NCBI GenBank assembly: GCA_048213135.1
Contig: PS015163.1
Location: 92,597-125,287 of the forward strand
Direction of reading: 5' to 3'
Length of the DNA stretch: 32,691 nucleotides
DNA from: Reclinomonas americana ATCC 50394
Lineage: Eukaryota
A program made the translations under genes and the position numbers. Every line of letters begins with the position of its first letter. The stretch's first letter is position 1. This document shows, piece after piece, positions 20,507 to 32,560 of the stretch. The notes beneath the pieces are model-generated. The model was not told where the DNA came from, searched no databases, and saw nothing but the letters and a program-made list of their open reading frames with translations.

Positions 20507-20775
20507 ATGCGATCTCTTCCGCTCCTTGTGTGCGTTCTCGCACTATGCCTCGCGCTGTGCCTTGCCGCCTCCAGCACACCACCATCGCGACGCTACCAAG
20601 CCGACGGCTCCGAAGTTGCTTACGATTACCTCGACGCCGATGACGACACCAGCAATGAGCAGGCGCAGGCAGTCGCAGTGCACTCCACTGCAGTCACTCC
20701 CTTCTCATGCGCGATCGGAAAGACCGATCTCAGCTCGCTGACGTTGCGTTGAGCAAGAGAGAGAAGTGAGAGAAA

Positions 20776-20809
<34 letters not shown>

Positions 20810-22672
20810 AGTGTGTGTGTGTGTGTGTGTGAGTGAGTGAGTGAGTGAGTGAGTGAGTGAGTGAGTGAGTGTGTGTGTGTGTTTGTGCACGTGTGCAATG
20901 TCCACTTTCGTTCTGCTGTGAGGCCGACCACGTGTGTCTGCGATGCGGATGCTGATGCTTGTGGTGATGTGTGTCAGTGGGTATAATCGCGCGGTGTTTG
21001 GCGATGAGGATCTGGATCCGCCGGGTTATGAGTACGTTGCGTGAGTGCAGCAGTGGTGTGATCGGGTCTTTGGTTTTTTGTGATCTCTCCTCCTGTGTGT
21101 GCGTGAGTGAGTGAGTGAGTGAGTGTGAGAGAGAGAGAGAGAGCTTCACTGGTGTGCTGCGCATTGGTGATCGCTTTTCATCTCACTTCATCTCGATCAT
21201 TTGGAGAGCTGTCGATCGCTTCCCCGCTCTTTACTCACGCTTTCTCCTTTATCTTGAGGAGCTTTTCATCGCTTTCCTATTCGTCGCGATCCTACTCTCC
21301 ATTCCGCTCTGTATTGCTCCTGTCGATTGTTCCGCCAGAGTCTGCGTTCGTTGCTCGCCATCGTTTCCCCACTCAGTCGTTTCCCCCTCCATGATTCACT
21401 CTCCTTCATCACAATCTGCGTTCAGTTGCTCGCCAGCGATCGCTTCCGCCGCTTTGCATGTTTCCTTCTCAGCTCTATTCCACTACATTCTGCGTTCTGT
21501 TCCTTGTCTGTCGCTTCCCTGCTCTCCATCCACTCTATTGATACTTGCCTCCAGGGTTCACTCTCCTCATCACAGTTTGCGTTCAGTTGCTCGCCAGCGA
21601 TCGCTTCCACCGCTTCGCACGCTCTTACTCATCGCTGTTCCACCACATTCTGGCGTTCTGTTCCTTGTCAGTCTCTTCCCTGCTCTTACATGGACCCACC
21701 CACCACTGCATTCTGCGTTCTGTTGCTCGCCAGCGATCGTTTCCCTGCTCTCTCCATTCACTCTGTGAAGCGCTCTTTTCGCTCTCCCCTCCCACACTAC
21801 CGATCGCCTCCATTGCCGTGCGCTTCTCTCCGTTTAGATCGCTCACTTCCTCCCTTGCCTCCCGCACAGCAAGTCATGATCTGCTCCGCCATCTCGTCCA
21901 AGGTGAGCATTGTTGCATCTCTTCCCTTCCACCTCCCACTCCTGCTCATCGCCTCTCCCACACAGGGCCAATGCTCCGGTACTCGCACACTCACTCCATT
22001 CTGCCCCTCATCCTCCCTTGCTGATCACTCTCTCCCTTCCGCAGGCAACCCCGTCGATCGCCCCGCCGCCGTGCTGCAGCGACGACCGGCCTCGGCCACC
22101 ACTCCGCTCTGCAAGAACTGCGGCGCCTTCAACGCCAACACGACGCTCGAGTACATTGATCCGATGAACGAGTCCGTCGGCGTGCGCCTGATTTACCGCG
22201 ACGGCGCCAGCTACAGCCGCCTCCGCGCCTACCGCACGTCGTACATTGATTTCTACTGCAACAAGACGATTGCGCCGGAGCAGGTGCAGATGCACTACAA
22301 TGGCGAGGACCGCACGCACGGCGTTTACCACTTCCGCATGGACACTCCCGTGGCGTGCCCAGTGGAACCGCCCCCACCAGGTGCGTGCAATCCGTGCTCT
22401 CTCTCTCACACATGTCCCTTGGCACCCCTCTCCCTCTTACCCAACACCACACAGGCGGCATCAATGTGACCGCTGTCGTGATCGGCTCCATTGGCGGCGC
22501 CATTGTTTTGGTGGCTGCTGTTATCATCATCATCTTCCTCGTGCGCCGCAACCGCCGCTTGCAGGCCGACGTGACCAAGTTCCGCGAGTGGGAGAAAACG
22601 CAGACGGCCTCGGTCAAGAACCCGTACGGTCAGCTGCAGGAGGATCCACGGGCTGGCTCCATTCAGATTTGA
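20507..22672 (+). CDS. Type I membrane protein with a single MRH domain (cation-dependent mannose-6-phosphate receptor / ATG27-like), 6 exons
   Basis: Exons 20507-20742, 20978-21035, 21870-21902, 21966-21978, 22045-22380 and 22455-22672. Signal peptide; C....DLSSL, YEYQVMIC, GVRLIYRDG, RTSYIDFYC, YHFRMDTPVAC; transmembrane AVVIGSIGGAIVLVAAVIIIIFLV; tail with YGQL sorting motif. Confidence 0.8.
20760..20885. repeat. (GT)n/(GA)n/(GAGT)n compound microsatellite in intron
   Basis: Directly visible. Confidence 0.95.
21340..21770 (+). repeat. Degenerate intronic minisatellite
   Basis: tgcgttc(a/t)gttgctcgccagcgatcg recurs near 21417, 21578 and 21714 (partial near 21343), with cattctg(c/g)...gttctgttccttgtc near 21487 and 21646. 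Confidence 0.75.
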
Positions 22673-22749
22673 GTGTGTCGGGGTGGCTGTTCACGCGGTA
22701 TCTCGTTGTTGTTGAGCACAGTGAAGTTGTGCTTTTTATCACCACCAGT

Positions 22750-23869
22750 TCACTTGACTCGATTCCACTCGTCGTAGCGCAGTAGATTCTCGGCCAGCAC
22801 AGCGGAGAGGTGCGAGGCCACCACCCCCACGTGCGCGGGTGTAGTGGTGGCGACGACAGTCGGTAGAGCCTCGCGCATCAACGCCGTGGCCGGCAGTGCC
22901 ACCAACCACGGAGGCCACACCTTGTCGCCATCATCGCCCACCACAAACGCCACTCGATCGTGCGACCGCCTCGTCTGCGCCCACTGCTGTGCATCCTGCG
23001 ACACCTCCACAGCGCGCGCCAGCGCCTCTGGAGTCAACAGCAGCAGGTGCCGCCTGTACGCCTCCTTGAACAGCGCAACGCACACCTCGTGCAGACGCTG
23101 CGTGATCTCGTCGCACACACGCGGATGCACGTGCACCTTGCGGGTCCACACGCGGCTAAAGATCTCTGTTGTGATGTGGCATGTGAGCTGCTGACACAGC
23201 GTGTGTCGTCTCGCCTCACGTCCTCCACTCACCCTTATCGGCCGCCATCTGCACCACTGATCGTCGTGCAGTCACGTACACACCGCCGAGGGTGCCGCCC
23301 TCGAATCCCCACTCACGCACACTCACATCCGCGTGCGACGCAAGCGCCCGCGCGCCAATGTCAGGCATCGCCCACTGTCGACCTTGCTCATCGGAGGCCC
23401 GCACGAAGCGAATGAGAAAACCTGACGACAAGATATGAGACACTGAAGTAGAGGAAGAAGAAGAATGGAGAGAAGCAAGGAGAGGAGAGAGGAGAGAGGA
23501 GGAGGAGGAGGAGGAGGAGGAGCAGGAAGAAGAAGAAGAAGAAGAAGGAGGAGGAGAAGAAGAAGGATAAGAAGAGGAACAAGAGCAAGAAGAAGCCCGC
23601 TACTTTCTCCCCTTTCCTCTCCCCTCTCCTCTCCTCTCCCCTCTCCTCTCCCCTCTCCTCTCCCCTCTCCTCTCCCCACTCCTCTCCTCCCCCCTCTCTC
23701 AACTTCTTGGGTACGCCTGCTGCAGCACAATGCACCGTCGCACAGGCGCCAACCATCGACTCACTGCTCCTGTGCAGACACAGAGAGGACCATGAGTCGA
23801 CCTCGTGCGTGAAAGACAAGCCAAGCAGACGCAACAGTGCGGGTTGCACCACGGAGGTCGCAGGATCAT
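22750..23869 (-). CDS. Hypothetical protein, about 232 aa, 4 exons
   Basis: Exons 23869-23836, 23763-23704, 23421-23233 and 23165-22750 join in frame (MILRPPWCNPHLSRWLAP...SFLIRFVRASDEQGRQW...EIFSRVWTRKVHVHP...LRYDEWNRVK*). The last two exons are firmer than the first two; no family recognised. Confidence 0.55.
23450..23700. repeat. (GAG/GAA)n followed by (CTCTC/CCTCT)n low-complexity tract in intron
   Basis: Directly visible purine block followed by a pyrimidine block. Confidence 0.85.
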
Positions 23870-24149
23870 TGACTTTGTTGCCCACCTTTGTTGACCCTTT
23901 GACCGTTACAAATTTTCGTCGTCACTCGCGAGAAAAGTCCAGCGCGCGCGCACACACTTACTCCCACACGCACACAGATAGTCACTCTCCGCGTCTGCGC
24001 CTCTCATGCATCGCACACCGCCAGTGTCGGCGAAGAAGCCCATGCAGTTGCGTCGCACTCAATGGCTTCAGTGTGTCACTCACTCGGTCTCATTCAGTGC
24101 GTGTTCGTGCAGTGGCCTGAGCACAGCCAAGTCGGTGCGCTTTCACCAC

Positions 24150-26845
24150 ATGGCGCCCGTGGATCAGAGGTGCTTGCGTCGCACACACTCTTGCCCCCAT
24201 GACACACACTCGCTCTTCCGCTCACTTGTGCTTGTTGCAGCACGGCGATTGACGAGGTGACGCGTCAATTGGTGTTCTCACCGTCCACACCCGGTGGCGC
24301 CCTGCCGCGTCGCAACAAGGCAACAGGAGGCACTCCATCGCACGCAGCCGGCACTGTCATTGGCACGCCAGGAGGCGGCAATGCAGAGACTGCTCCGGTC
24401 AAGGTCAGCAATCAACAGTCGCGGTGCTCTTCTTGCTCGTCGCCTAACCACCCCCCCCCCCCTCCTCTCTCTCTCTCCTCCNNNNNNNNNNNNNNNNNNN
24501 NNNNNNNNNNNNNNNNNNNNNNNNNNNNNNNNNNNNNNNNNNNNNNNNNNNNNNNNNNNNNNNNNNNNNNNNNNNNNNNNNNNNNNNNNNNNNNNNNNNN
24601 NNNNNNNNNNNNNNNNNNNNNNNNNNNNNNNNNNNNNNNNNNNNNNNNNNNNNNNNNNNNNNNNNNNNNNNNNNNNNNNNNNNNNNNNNNNNNNNNNNNN
24701 NNNNNNNNNNNNNNNNNNNNNNNNNNNNNNNNNNNNNNNNNNNNNNNNNNNNNNNNNNNNNNNNNNNNNNNNNNNNNNNNNNNNNNNNNNNNNNNNNNNN
24801 NNNNNNNNNNNNNNNNNNNNNNNNNNNNNNNNNNNNNNNNNNNNNNNNNNNNNNNNNNNNNNNNNNNNNNNNNNNNNNNNNNNNNNNNNNNNNNNNNNNN
24901 NNNNNNNNNNNNNNNNNNNNNNNNNNNNNNNNNNNNNNNNNNNNNNNNNNNNNNNNNNNNNNNNNNNNNNNNNNNNNNNNNNNNNNNNNNNNNNNNNNNN
25001 NNNNNNNNNNNNNNNNNNNNNNNNNNNNNNNNNNNNNNNNNNNNNNNNNNNNNNNNNNNNNNNNNNNNNNNNNNNNNNNNNNNNNNNNNNNNNNNNNNNN
25101 NNNNNNNNNNNNNNNNNNNNNNNNNNNNNNNNNNNNNNNNNNNNNNNNNNNNNNNNNNNNNNNNNNNNNNNNNNNNNNNNNNNNNNNNNNNNNNNNNNNN
25201 NNNNNNNNNNNNNNNNNNNNNNNNNNNNNNNNNNNNNNNNNNNNNNNNNNNNNNNNNNNNNNNNNNNNNNNNNNNNNNNNNNNNNNNNNNNNNNNNNNNN
25301 NNNNNNNNNNNNNNNNNNNNNNNNNNNNNNNNNNNNNNNNNNNNNNNNNNNNNNNNNNNNNNNNNNNNNNNNNNNNNNNNNNNNNNNNNNNNNNNNNNNN
25401 NNNNNNNNNNNNNNNNNNNNNNNNNNNNNNNNNNNNNNNNNNNNNNNNNNNNNNCGCGTCTCTTCTTCGTCTCGTCCGCCTACCCACCCCCCCTCCCCTC
25501 CTCTCTCTCTCTCCCTCTCCCTCTCCCTCTCCCTCTCCCTCTCCCCTCTCCCCTCTCCCCTCTCCCTCTCCCTCTCTCCCCGACTCACAGGTGTTCCTTC
25601 GTCTGCGCCCCATGGAGGATCCCACCGAGGCCAGCAACGTCCGTATCAACGACGACAGCACAGTCACGCTTGTGCCGCCACCTGCGCTGGGTGGCCGTCA
25701 AGTGGACCGCAACGAGCGCACGTTTACGTTTCACCGCATCTTTGATGCACACGCCTCGCAGGTGCGACGAGAGCGGGCGGGCACACACACACACCCCACA
25801 CATTGCGCAGTGTTCTCACTGGAGAATCTGCGTGTGCGTAGGATGACTTGTTCAGCACGTGCGCAATGCCGCTGGTCAACAATTTGTGCGAGGGCCAGTC
25901 GGCGCTGCTGTTTGCCTACGGCGTGACGAATGCCGGCAAGACGTACACCATTCTTGGTACGAACGAGCACGAGGGCATTCTGCCGCGGTGCTTGCGTCGC
26001 ATCATCGGGCTCGTCACGACCCACAATGCGCACCGCCACGACACTCGACGCGGCGAGGAGGGTGAGTGCACTCGTGCCGCACACTCTTTCTCTGCCAATT
26101 CACTGACGTGTCGCCTCCTCCCAGAACCCGCTCTATCGCACTTTGACAAGCAATACGTGTACAGCGTGGTTGTCTCGCAACTGGAGATCTACAACGAGCG
26201 CTGTTTCGACTTGCTGGCGGGTCCACCGCAGTACGACTGCGCCGCCGATGTGGGTGCCAGTCGCCGAGCACCGCTCGACATTCATTTCCGCGACAACCGC
26301 GTGCATGTCGTGGGACTGGAGGAGCGCCCGCTTCCAGACCTCGAAACGGCTGCCGATGTGCTGGCGCACGGCATTCGCAATCGCCAGACCGCTGTCACCG
26401 CGGCCAATGAGCTGTCGAGTCGCAGCCACAGCGTCTTCACCATCAAGCTTGTGCGACACAACCCGTCAGTCGTTGCGTGCCTTTTGTGAGTGGCCGAAAG
26501 GAGGCGAGCGTATGCTCATCCTCACACACGCTTGAGCAGATTGGGCCGACCGAAGAAGTCGGTGTGTTGAAGCTTGTCGACTTGGCTGGCTCCGAGCGCG
26601 CCTCCAAGACCGGCGCCGACGGCGAACGCCTCCGTGAGGCCATGCAGATCAACTCATCGCTGCACGTGCTTGGCAAGTGCCTCGAGGCGCTGCGCAAGTC
26701 GCAAAAGTCGGAGCAGCGCGTCCCCTTCCGCGAGAGCAAGCTCACTCGCATCTTCCAGGACACGTTCCTCGACGGTGGACGGGTGGTGCGTCAGTCACAG
26801 AGTGTCGCTGTTTGCGTTGGCAGTGCTTGCTGGCTGCTGCAGTCT

Positions 26846-26885
<40 letters not shown>

Positions 26886-29800
26886 NNNNNNNNNNNNNNN
26901 NNNNNNNNNNNNNNNNNNNNNNNNNNNNNNNNNNNNNNNNNNNNNNNNNNNNNNNNNNNNNNNNNNNNNNNNNNNNNNNNNNNNNNNNNNNNNNNNNNNN
27001 NNNNNNNNNNNNNNNNNNNNNNNNNNNNNNNNNNNNNNNNNNNNNNNNNNNNNNNNNNNNNNNNNNNNNNNNNNNNNNNNNNNNNNNNNNNNNNNNNNNN
27101 NNNNNNNNNNNNNNNNNNNNNNNNNNNNNNNNNNNNNNNNNNNNNNNNNNNNNNNNNNNNNNNNNNNNNNNNNNNNNNNNNNNNNNNNNNNNNNNNNNNN
27201 NNNNNNNNNNNNNNNNNNNNNNNNNNNNNNNNNNNNNNNNNNNNNNNNNNNNNNNNNNNNNNNNNNNNNNNNNNNNNNNNNNNNNNNNNNNNNNNNNNNN
27301 NNNNNNNNNNNNNNNNNNNNNNNNNNNNNNNNNNNNNNNNNNNNNNNNNNNNNNNNNNNNNNNNNNNNNNNNNNNNNNNNNNNNNNNNNNNNNNNNNNNN
27401 NNNNNNNNNNNACGCGCGCTCTCCCCCACTATTTCCCTCACTCTCTCTCTCTCTCTTTTCTCTTCTCTTCTGTGTTCACTCCCTCTCTTGTTGCCTACTC
27501 TTACTGTTGTCACGCGCTCTCTCCCACTCTTCCTCTCTCTCTCTCTCTCGTTCTCTCCTCTTCTGTGTTCACTCCCTCTTGTTACCTTCTCTTATTGTTG
27601 TCACGCGCTCTCCCACTCTCTCTACCTTTCTCCTTCTCCTATCTTCGTTCCTTATCCACTCACTTCCCATCTCTTCCCCCAGGTGATGATTGCCAATGTC
27701 AACCCATCGGCCCGCGAGTACGATGAAACCTCCAACACCTTGCACTACTCCGCAATCGCCAAGGGCATTCACACGGTCAGCCGCGTGGACACTGGGCGCA
27801 AGCGCATCTTTGCCTCATCGCCTGGCATGGCCTCGGTGGCGTCGTCGGAAGGTGTGCACTTCGTCTACTGCGATATTTGTCGTCGTTTCCAGAAAACATG
27901 CTAACGCGCTGGCACAGCGTACTTGGAACTCGTCGAGTACAACGAGCATCTCATCAACGAAATCGACCTGCTGCGCCGTCGGGTACGCCGCAGCTCACTC
28001 TGTGTGACTCGAATCTCTCCCACCGCTCACCTTTTTCTTGTGACAGATTCTCGAGGACGACATCCGCCACAGCGAGGCACTGAACGAAACGAGGGAGATT
28101 CTTGCCAGCGAACTCGCACTCAAGCTGGCTGAAACGCAACGCTTTTACGAGGATCTCATGGAGGAGCAGGTTTTTTTTCATGAAAGCGGAATGGTTTTCC
28201 TCTGCCGTCCCTCTTCAACTGATCACCTCGTCTCGCACAGCTGGCCGACTGTGAGCTTAAGATGGAGCGCAAGATCGCACTGTTTGAGCGGCATGCAGGC
28301 CTTGTGGCACCAGCTGACGTTGCGCAGCCGGCGAACTCCCTCGGAGCTGCAGAGATTGCCAGTCTGCGTGGTGCGTTGCGTCCTCACTTGCTTCCTCTTT
28401 CTTTCTCTCACTCCTTCCCATTTCTCAGAATCACTCTCGCAACTGCAAGACGCCTTCAAGAAGCAGCTGGAGTGCGCCCACAAGGAAACTGCGCGTGTCA
28501 TGCACGAGCTGGAGGAGCGGAACAATGCGTACCTGCAGCTGCAACGAGACTCAGCTGCCGCCGAGCGTCAGCACGCAGAGAACAGCCGCCAGCAGGAGGC
28601 CGTGATCATGTCACTGAAGCAGGAGTTGGTGGTGGCGCACAGTCGCTCGCGCGCTCTCGAGCAGCAGAATTTGCAGTTGGAGGACGAAAAGTCATTGGCC
28701 CTCGCCGAGGTTGCCTCACTGCGAGGTGCAGTCTGCTCTCACTCTCGCACCCGCACACGCACTCACACGCTTGCCCCGTTGCCCTCACATTCACTTCGCG
28801 CCACACAGAGGAACATGCAGAGCAGGCCCAAGAGCTGTTGCGCAAGCGAGACAGCATCTCGTTCTCGGTGAGCAACAGCACGACAGCCGTGCCTTGCTAA
28901 CCGTGCGTGTTCATCTCACCCTATTGCTTTGCTGCTGGCAGGACGAGGAGGCGCAGCATGAGGTTGAAATGCTGCGCGCACGCCTGCAAGTGGCCGAGCT
29001 GCGCACTGCCGAGTTGAAGGACCTGGCTGAGCAGCTGAAGCAGCAGCTGTACTTCCAGCTGCAAAAGGAGACAGTCACCACCACCGTACAGTGGGAGGAA
29101 CCAATGGAGGAGGACGATGAGGAGGAAGAGGAGGAAGACGCGGAGAAGAAGGCTCGCCGTCTCAGTCGCAAGCGGCCATCAGATCAGAGCACCGAGGCTC
29201 TGGAGGCGCACATTAAGTTGTCGCCGCCAGCTGCCTGGCTGCGCGAGCGCCTTTCTCTCACTGTCGCTGCCTCACCGACGAGCGCCAGTCCGGTGGTGTT
29301 GGCCCAGCCACGCAGTCCACTGCCGCTCACATTCGGTGGCAACGGGTCTTCGTCGACAATGTCGCCAGCCCCCGCACCAATGGTCATGGCTCCGCGTCCA
29401 CTGGTGGTGACGACGACCACTGCAGCTGCGCCGCCGGCCGAGACTACCCGCAAGCAGCAGCCACGACGCACCACGAAAAAGAAGGCCGCTACGCCATCAC
29501 CGCCACCGTCGCCCATGTCGCCGCCGCGGCAAGCACCCGCCGCAGAGGAGCTGGAGAAAGAGGACGCTGCGATGGCCGGCGACCACGAGGACGAAGACGG
29601 AGAAGAGGATGAGACTGGCGAGGAGCCGGTGGCGCGAGAGGAAACGGCAGTGCTGCGAGAGCGGTTCCCGTTCTCACCCGACAGCATGCCCGCGGCGCGT
29701 GTTAAGAAGAGTTGCGACAATCTCAGCTGCTCATGTCAGGGGATCCCTGTCTGACTCCATTCCGTGTATATTGCAGCGTTTGGTCAAAAGGTCAAGGCCT

Positions 29801-30333
29801 TTACGAAAAATCTGTTCAGCAAGAAGAAGAAGACCAAGGACCCGGAGGTAATTTTTCTCGTCTCCTTCTTTTGCTGTAGGCTTGCCCGCCGCAGTTGCTC
29901 ACCTGCCCATGTACAGCGCGCATTCATGGACTCACCGTCGTTCATTGTCGCCGAGAATGAGGCGGCAAAGGACAAGGAGAATTCGCCGGCCAAGCTCGAC
30001 TTTGCCGATGCCGCAGAGCCGCCATCTCCGACCGCGGACGAAGTGGCCGTCGCTGCCGCCTCACCGGTGGTGGAGACCAAGCCAAAGAGCAGGTGAGAAG
30101 AAACAAAGCGTTGTGTGTGTGTGACTGCATGACGAGCTCCTCCTCACGCGTTTTTATTGTGCGCTGCAGCGGCCGCCGAAAGCTGCACAATGTGGAGAGC
30201 AAGCCGGCCGAATCGCGGGTATGTTCTCTCTACCTCCTCCATCCTGTCCTATCGAGCTCATGGCGTGCTGCAGGGACCCACACGCACACCAATCGCCAAG
30301 CGCACGCGCAATCGCACGGCCGTGGTCAAATAA
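24150..30333 (+). CDS. Kinesin-6 family motor (KIF20/MKLP2-like), about 17 exons
   Basis: VKVFLRLRP, P-loop AYGVTNAGKT (kinesin-6-type GVTxxGKT), EIYNE, SSRSHSVF, LVDLAGSER, VPFRESKLTRIFQ, MIANVNP, then coiled coil, Pro/acidic low-complexity region and C-terminal TPIAKRTRNRTAVVK* (TAA 30331-30333). Large gaps fall within introns. Confidence 0.9.
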
Positions 30334-30486
30334 GCGGAGCTCTGCTGCCCCGCTGATATCGAGCGCGGGTGTGCAGGATAGCCGCCACCCGTGCAATGTT
30401 TTTCCCACCCTCCCCGCCACCGCCACCGCCACCCGAATGTATATAGACAGCATCATGATCGACATTTTATTTTGACCGCGCCTGGC

Positions 30487-30811
30487 TTAATAGTAGTAGT
30501 GCTCGTTTTCCGCATCATACTGCGCACACAAATGGTGAGGGACAGCGAGCCAACAGCAACAACAACACATGACCAGCCAACCGCCACGCAACATCGGCGT
30601 CAATGTCGACGCAATTCTCTAGCGCCACTCTGACCAGGCGAACCATGGTCTCGTAACTCGAGTAATCGGAGAGGCTCAGCGTCCACCCGCACGTGGCGGC
30701 GCGGGGGAGCTGGTCAATGTCTCCCTCGTAGTACACCTGCAACCTCTGTGCTGTACCACCCGTGCGCGGCAAGCGACTGCTTCCAGAGATGAAGCGGAGC
30801 AGTTGCGAGCG
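30487..30811 (-). CDS. C-terminal lobe of a HECT E3 ubiquitin ligase (last two exons)
   Basis: Exon 30811-30593 RSQLLRFISGSSRLP...LPRAATCGWTLSLSDYSS...ALENCVDIDAD (catalytic Cys in AATC), spliced to 30519-30487 YDAENEHYYY*. Confidence 0.85.
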
Positions 30812-30866
30812 CTACAACAGACAAACAAACAGTGAGACCACAGGCANNNNNNNNNNNNNNNNNNNN

Positions 30867-32198
30867 CGCAGGAACGCAATGCACTGACGGTGCACTTGTC
30901 CAATGCCATGCTGCGCGTTCTGCGGGCGCAACCGGCGGCGTTGGTGGCTCGTTCGGTATGTGTGTGTGTGTGAGTGGCGCAATGTCGTGGTTTTCGTGCA
31001 GCAGTTGCTAATGTTGATTTCACCGTGCAGCAACAACTGTCGGCTGCGTTGAATCGTGTGCCAGCTACGCCGGCGATCAAGGAGCTGCGAGGGTGGCTCT
31101 CCACGGTGGTGAACGGGAACTTTGGAAATGAGGTGAGCTTCTGACGGCAAGAGTGTGTACAAATCAGGCTGCTGACTGGTTGTGTGTGTGTGTTGTGTGT
31201 GTGTGTCAAGTCGCTGCTCATGGGCACCGTGTGTCTGCTGACTGGCGGCTTCCCCGTGCCGCGGTCGTCGTCGGTGTGGGCTGCTATCAACGACGACGGC
31301 AGTGGTACCGTGTCTGATTACACCAAGGGCTGGACATCGCGACTGAATGCATTGTTGATTGAGGCTGTGGACAAGGTGCGTTCCACTCTATGCATGTGCC
31401 TGCGCGCGGACGATCAATGGTTGCCCACCGCGCGCGTGTGTGTGTGTGTTTTCTCTTTTCTGCTGTCGGCAGACGGACGCATTCACCCAGGCATCGCCGT
31501 TCTACCGCCTGTTTGGGACGGACGCTGTTTCGAGACCGCTCACCGAGGTACCGTGTGGGATCATTGTCTTACAGGTGTCGCCATGTGTTTCACTGTGCAT
31601 CTGTGTGCTACTTGTTCTCCAGTTGGACTCGTCGGTGGCGGACGGCATCAAGCAGCTGCCGAGTTTGATGGTGAAGCGGCGGCTGAAGCTGCTGCAAATC
31701 TTCAACACGCAAGTCGTGCAGGAGGCAGAGTCGCTTGTCGACATTCAGTATGCCGATGCTTCGCTGCTGAAGAGCGTCTGCCGTCTGCGCTCGGTGCTCA
31801 CCACGTCGGTCAGTCTTGCGTGTGTGTGCCTATTTTCTAGATGTCCATTTGCGCTTATCGCATTGTCATTGGGCATTTGTCGGATCAGACCAAGATGGCC
31901 TTGGTGCGACTGCTGGCGGCCCGGCTTCCCGCCAGCTACGCGCAGAGTGTCACGATTGATCGCCGGCAGGCGTCTGACGGCGTGGGCGGCTCGTCGGTGT
32001 TCGAGCAGCTGTGCGAGCAGCTGTTTGCTACGCCCGGTTGCATGCGTAATTTGAATCAACCATGGTCGTGTCGCTTCACTGGCGAGGGTGCCTCGGATTG
32101 TGGCGGTCCGTACCGCGACTCGGTGTCGCACATGATCACTGAGTTGATGTCGGATCGTTTGCCACTCTTTGTGCCGAGCCCGAACACTGTGGATCGAG
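30867..32198 (+). CDS. Internal exons of a HECT E3 ligase up to the start of the HECT N-lobe (HERC-like)
   Basis: Six GT-AG-bounded exons in frame, including RRLKLLQIFN and SVFEQLCEQL...WSCRFTGEGASDCGGPYRDSVSHMITELMSDRLPLFVPSPN, the typical start of a HECT domain. Confidence 0.82.
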
Positions 32199-32560
32199 GT
32201 GCGAGAGAGAGAGAGAGGAGAGAGAGAGAGCGCGAGAGAGAGAAGGGAGAATAGAGAGAGAGAGGAGGAGAGAGAGAAGGAAGAAGAGAGAGAGAGGAGG
32301 AGAGAGAGGAGGGAGGGAGAGAGAGAGAAGAAGAGTAGTGTGTGTGTGTNNNNNNNNNNNNNNNNNNNNNNNNNNNNNNNNNNNNNNNNNNNNNNNNNNN
32401 NNNNNNNNNNNNNNNNNNNNNNNNNNNNNNNNNNNNNNNNNNNNNNNNNNNNNNNNNNNNNNNNNNNNNNNNNNNNNNNNNNNNNNNNNNNNNNNNNNNN
32501 NNNNCAGGCGCCTGTGAAGATGCTGTCGGGCGGATAAGCTGGCTGACACATGTCACACAG

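Noticed and set aside
21340-21770. Repeat-spacer-like pattern reminiscent of a CRISPR array
   Set aside because: Units are degenerate, the intervening sequences are related to each other, it lies within a eukaryotic intron, and no cas genes are present.
30515-30592. Hydrophobic C-terminal tail on the HECT ORF (VAWRLAGHVLLLLLARC...)
   Set aside because: Better explained as a GTTGCG...cag intron (30592-30520); splicing gives a typical short acidic HECT end, DIDADYDAENEHYYY*.
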